This document shows, one piece after another, positions 59,182 through 64,000 of a stretch of DNA of 64,000 bases. The stretch covers positions 6,882,001 through 6,946,000 of the forward strand of contig CP075494.1 of assembly GCA_021613535.1 (NCBI GenBank), written 5' to 3'. The first letter of the stretch is position 1; every line of letters begins with the position of its first letter. Below the pieces are notes generated by a model. The model saw only the letters and a program-made list of their open reading frames with translations. It made no database searches and was not told where the DNA came from. A program made the translations under genes and the position numbers. The stretch comes from Adineta vaga (Eukaryota > Animalia > Rotifera).

Positions 59182-60268
59182 TAACATTTGTGCCCTTTTC
59201 TTGTACACATATTTGAAACAACAACAAGAATTATAAATAAAAAATAGTTTTCGTGTACGAAACTTAAGTCCAAGAAAAAAAATGCTAACAAAGATTTGAT
59301 AAACTATATCGATTTATAAATAGTGAAGAAATGTCCTTAAAAAGTAACGAGCATCAATGAAACATCTACCAATCTTGTGTGATTATTCATAATCAATAAA
59401 ACATGATTTTTGTTTGTCATTATCCCTTGGTAATTGCAGAAGCTTTCTTTTACTGATCGGATTATGTTTTGAAATGCATATTGAACAAAAGGGAAGACTA
59501 TTTATAGATCACACTGCTTAAAAGATATTACTTTCAGTTCGACGATCTAATTGAAGAGTTCAAATTTAGTTCGTTTAGTCATACACTAATAAGGATACCG
59601 ATTATTTACGATTGGATTTGTTCTTACAGTCTTTCGGTAGAAGTCTTAGTTATTATTGATCGTATTACTATACTGCCGTTTAAATCAGTTGATTGAGAAC
59701 ATGACGATAATTTTACAATTAGAAACATAGATAAGTTATTGAAATCATGTCATTTATCTGTCGTTACAAATATAAATTTACGTTTTTTTTTCACTTCAGA
59801 ACATATCTGGTACAGAAAGTTCTACTAGTTAGTAGAATGTGAATACACATGAATCAATAGTGTCAATATTTATATTTTCTGACTAATAATAATTCTGTAT
59901 TCTCGAAATTCTTCACAAAATTTTCATCTTTATCATCACGTCTGGGTTTTTTTTTATTGAGAAGAATGAATGCAATTTCTAAAACAAACAAACCAAGAAG
60001 AAAGGAAATGATACGACAGACAAGAAAGTCTAGTAAAGAAAATGACGATGCATATCATTCCAGACCATAGAAAATAGCAAATAATAAACTATAAGAGAAT
60101 AATATATCGTCATCAATTTGGTTGACTGACTGGCTGATCATGTGACATTTATATACAAAACAACATACATACACACATACATTCACATACATAAACAAAA
60201 AAAGATAGGATTAATATAGTTCATATACAAAAGACAAGAAAAACGATGTATGTTCTATTGAATATATA

Positions 60269-62059
<1,791 letters not shown>

Positions 62060-62079
62060 GGAGGTAATTTAGTTCATTA

Positions 62080-62566
62080 TTAGTCAACTTTTTTCGAAGA
62101 AGCGACGACGTTAGTAGTGGTTGATGTAGAATTTGGAATTAATTTATCTAATGAATTATGTGAACGTGATCGACCGTGCGATTCAAGATTCGAAGCTAGA
62201 AGAAAGAAATATGAATAGTAAAATCAATTAGTTTTTCGTTATTAGATGTTTCGAATCAAACTTTTGAAATCATTATATATAGATGATGTCAAAATGGAAT
62301 TCGATTTTAGTTTTTCGAGATGTTAGACTCCACACAATTAGAAAATAGAATTGTGCAGAAACACGATCTCGATCCTACTCAATTATGTTTTTAGACAATT
62401 CGATTAAAATAACTTACGTGTTTTAGATAGTTGTTGAGTAATACTATGTCCGTAACGATACCAAGCAAGAAAAATAGCAACAAGAGCAATGAATAACCAA
62501 ATAATTAAATAAGAAGTAAGACGAAATTCGAAATCGACCTCTATTTTTGAAGATATTTTGGTTTTT
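62080..62566 (-). CDS. Unannotated spliced ORF (exons 62418-62566, 62080-62195) encoding a single-pass membrane microprotein; no in-frame ATG
   Basis: Canonical GTAAGT...TTCTAG intron 62196-62417 keeps frame: (I)EVDFEFRLTSYLIIWLFIALVAIFLAWYRYGHSITQQLSKTPSNLESHGRSRSH...SSKKVD, ending in TAA TAA TGA. Confidence 0.6.
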
Positions 62567-62754
62567 CTGAAATAGATAATAGAATAAATTAAGAATATGT
62601 TCTGTGTTCATTCACAGCTGACCAGTTTCTATTTCGAATACAGTAGAAGAAGAAGAAGAAGAAGACAAAAACGAGAGAAAAGACAAACAAATTGACCACA
62701 CAAAAGAAACAAAAAACATTATACAGATGATAAGATGAAGTTTCTGCTTGAAAA

Positions 62755-63977
62755 TCAATCCATCGGTATATCGGCTTGTTCTTTTGTATAATTATTACTT
62801 TCTTTCATACTTCGTTGAATGTTTTCAAGAATACGTGTAGTTTCTTCATCATCATCAACATGAGCTTTTGTGGAATCAGTGTGTCGATCTGTATCATGAT
62901 TACTACCATTCGATTTTGAATGTTCAATAGGTGATCGTGAATCATGTCGATGACGATGATGTCGACGAGATGAAGAAGTTGGAGTTCGCGATCGAGAACG
63001 ACGATGACGACGTGATGAACCAGAACTAAATTAGAGAAAAACCAAAATATTTTACTCAACATTCTAGAGATTGATTTACCGTGATCGTTTATGGCGACGT
63101 CTATCACGTGAACGTGAACGTGATGATCGATAATTACGTGAATGTTTGGATGAACGATGTCCTGATCTAAAAAATAAATATTCTTATTGATGTTTATACG
63201 TTTTTTTTCGCTTTACCTTGATCGTGAACGTCTTCGATCTTTATCTCGACTGGAAACTTTTTTCGATCGACTACGACTTCGACTACGTTGAGATGATCGA
63301 TAATCTCGATTGTAATAATCGTTTCCATTTCGATCACCACGATCCTTCCTAGATGAGGATGATGCTGATGGTGAACTACAAAAAAATAAAATTAGTAGAA
63401 TAATTCTTTATCATTTCATCTTACCTTCGATGTGATTTTCTTTCCAATTCATATTTTTCATTGTATTCACCGACACGTTTCTGTAAATCAGCTAGTTTCT
63501 CACGTATTTGAATAAAACCCAAATGTAATTTTCCACCGAAATGATCAGCTAAACGACGATCATTATCATGGATACCTAAATAAGCTGAACACACTTCACA
63601 GACACGTAATTTCTGTTGTTGATAGGTTGATGCTGGCATTGTTGCACGAAATTCTTGTTCCGAATCGACTTTTGATTTTCGTAGTTCTTCAACTTCTTCC
63701 AATAATTTCATCGATTCATCAACTAAACCTTGTGCACCTAATTCTTCAGCTCTCGCTAATTTTGTACCAATATGTTCACCTAATTCATGAATTAAATTCA
63801 TCTAAAAACGAAGAAAAAGAAATTTTCTTCTCAAAAATCAACGCAAAAAGATAAAAACTATTTTACTTTTCGTGCTGCTTCTTCACCTAATTCTTCCTGA
63901 GTTTCTCGAAGTTTTCGTTTTGCAGTTTCAGTTTTTCGATCAGCTTCAGCAACAAATTGATTTAATATATCTAACGC
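62755..63977 (-). CDS. LUC7L2: LUC7-like U1 snRNP-associated splicing factor (LUC7L/LUC7L2 type), 3' part
   Basis: MPASTYQQQKLRVCEVCSAYLGIHDNDRRLADHFGGKLHLGFIQIREKL followed by RS-rich exons; stop at 62755-62757; 5' end outside window. Confidence 0.93.
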
Positions 63978-64000
63978 CTAAAATTCAAACAAAATCTTGT

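Noticed and set aside
62623-62720. ATG-initiated hydrophobic ORF (MFFVSFVWSICL...) as the start of the membrane microprotein
   Set aside because: Splicing via 62567-62622 puts it out of frame (ends ...EKPKYLQK*) unless a further 1-nt deletion is assumed; it looks like U-rich UTR.

Overview
AT-rich, gene-dense eukaryotic (animal) DNA with many short GT-AG introns of about 50-70 nt. The overall style fits a bdelloid-rotifer-like genome (inference). About 22 protein-coding loci can be built by hand, in order: 3' end of a CaaX-box protein, a PLAC8/cornifelin protein, an unknown ORF, four tandem acid-lipase (LIPA-like) genes, a KDM3/JMJD1 demethylase, a small myristoylation-motif ORF head-to-head with an unknown gene, DYRK1A/minibrain, PDZD8, NAA38/LSMD1, a C9orf85-like gene, an N-acylated degenerate Mab-21/cGAS-fold gene, a GALNT10-like gene, COE/EBF, an STPG4-like gene, two tandem SAM-domain sphingomyelin-synthase genes, an intronless microbial-type vWA gene, an SLC16/MCT transporter, an aldo-keto reductase pseudogene, a neuropeptide precursor, YY1 and LUC7L/LUC7L2. 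Highlights: (1) a spliced, AUG-less transmembrane microprotein ORF, missed by the ORF track, between LUC7L and YY1 and sharing an exon with the YY1 start codon; (2) operon-like gene packing; (3) an SMS paralog with Gln at the head-group specificity position; (4) a membrane-targeted cGLR-fold pseudoenzyme; (5) horizontal-transfer candidates; (6) gene-conversion mosaicism in the lipase array. Three isolated 1-nt deletions in otherwise intact genes suggest consensus errors. All family assignments are from motif recall, not database searches. No rRNA, tRNA or CRISPR array was recognised.
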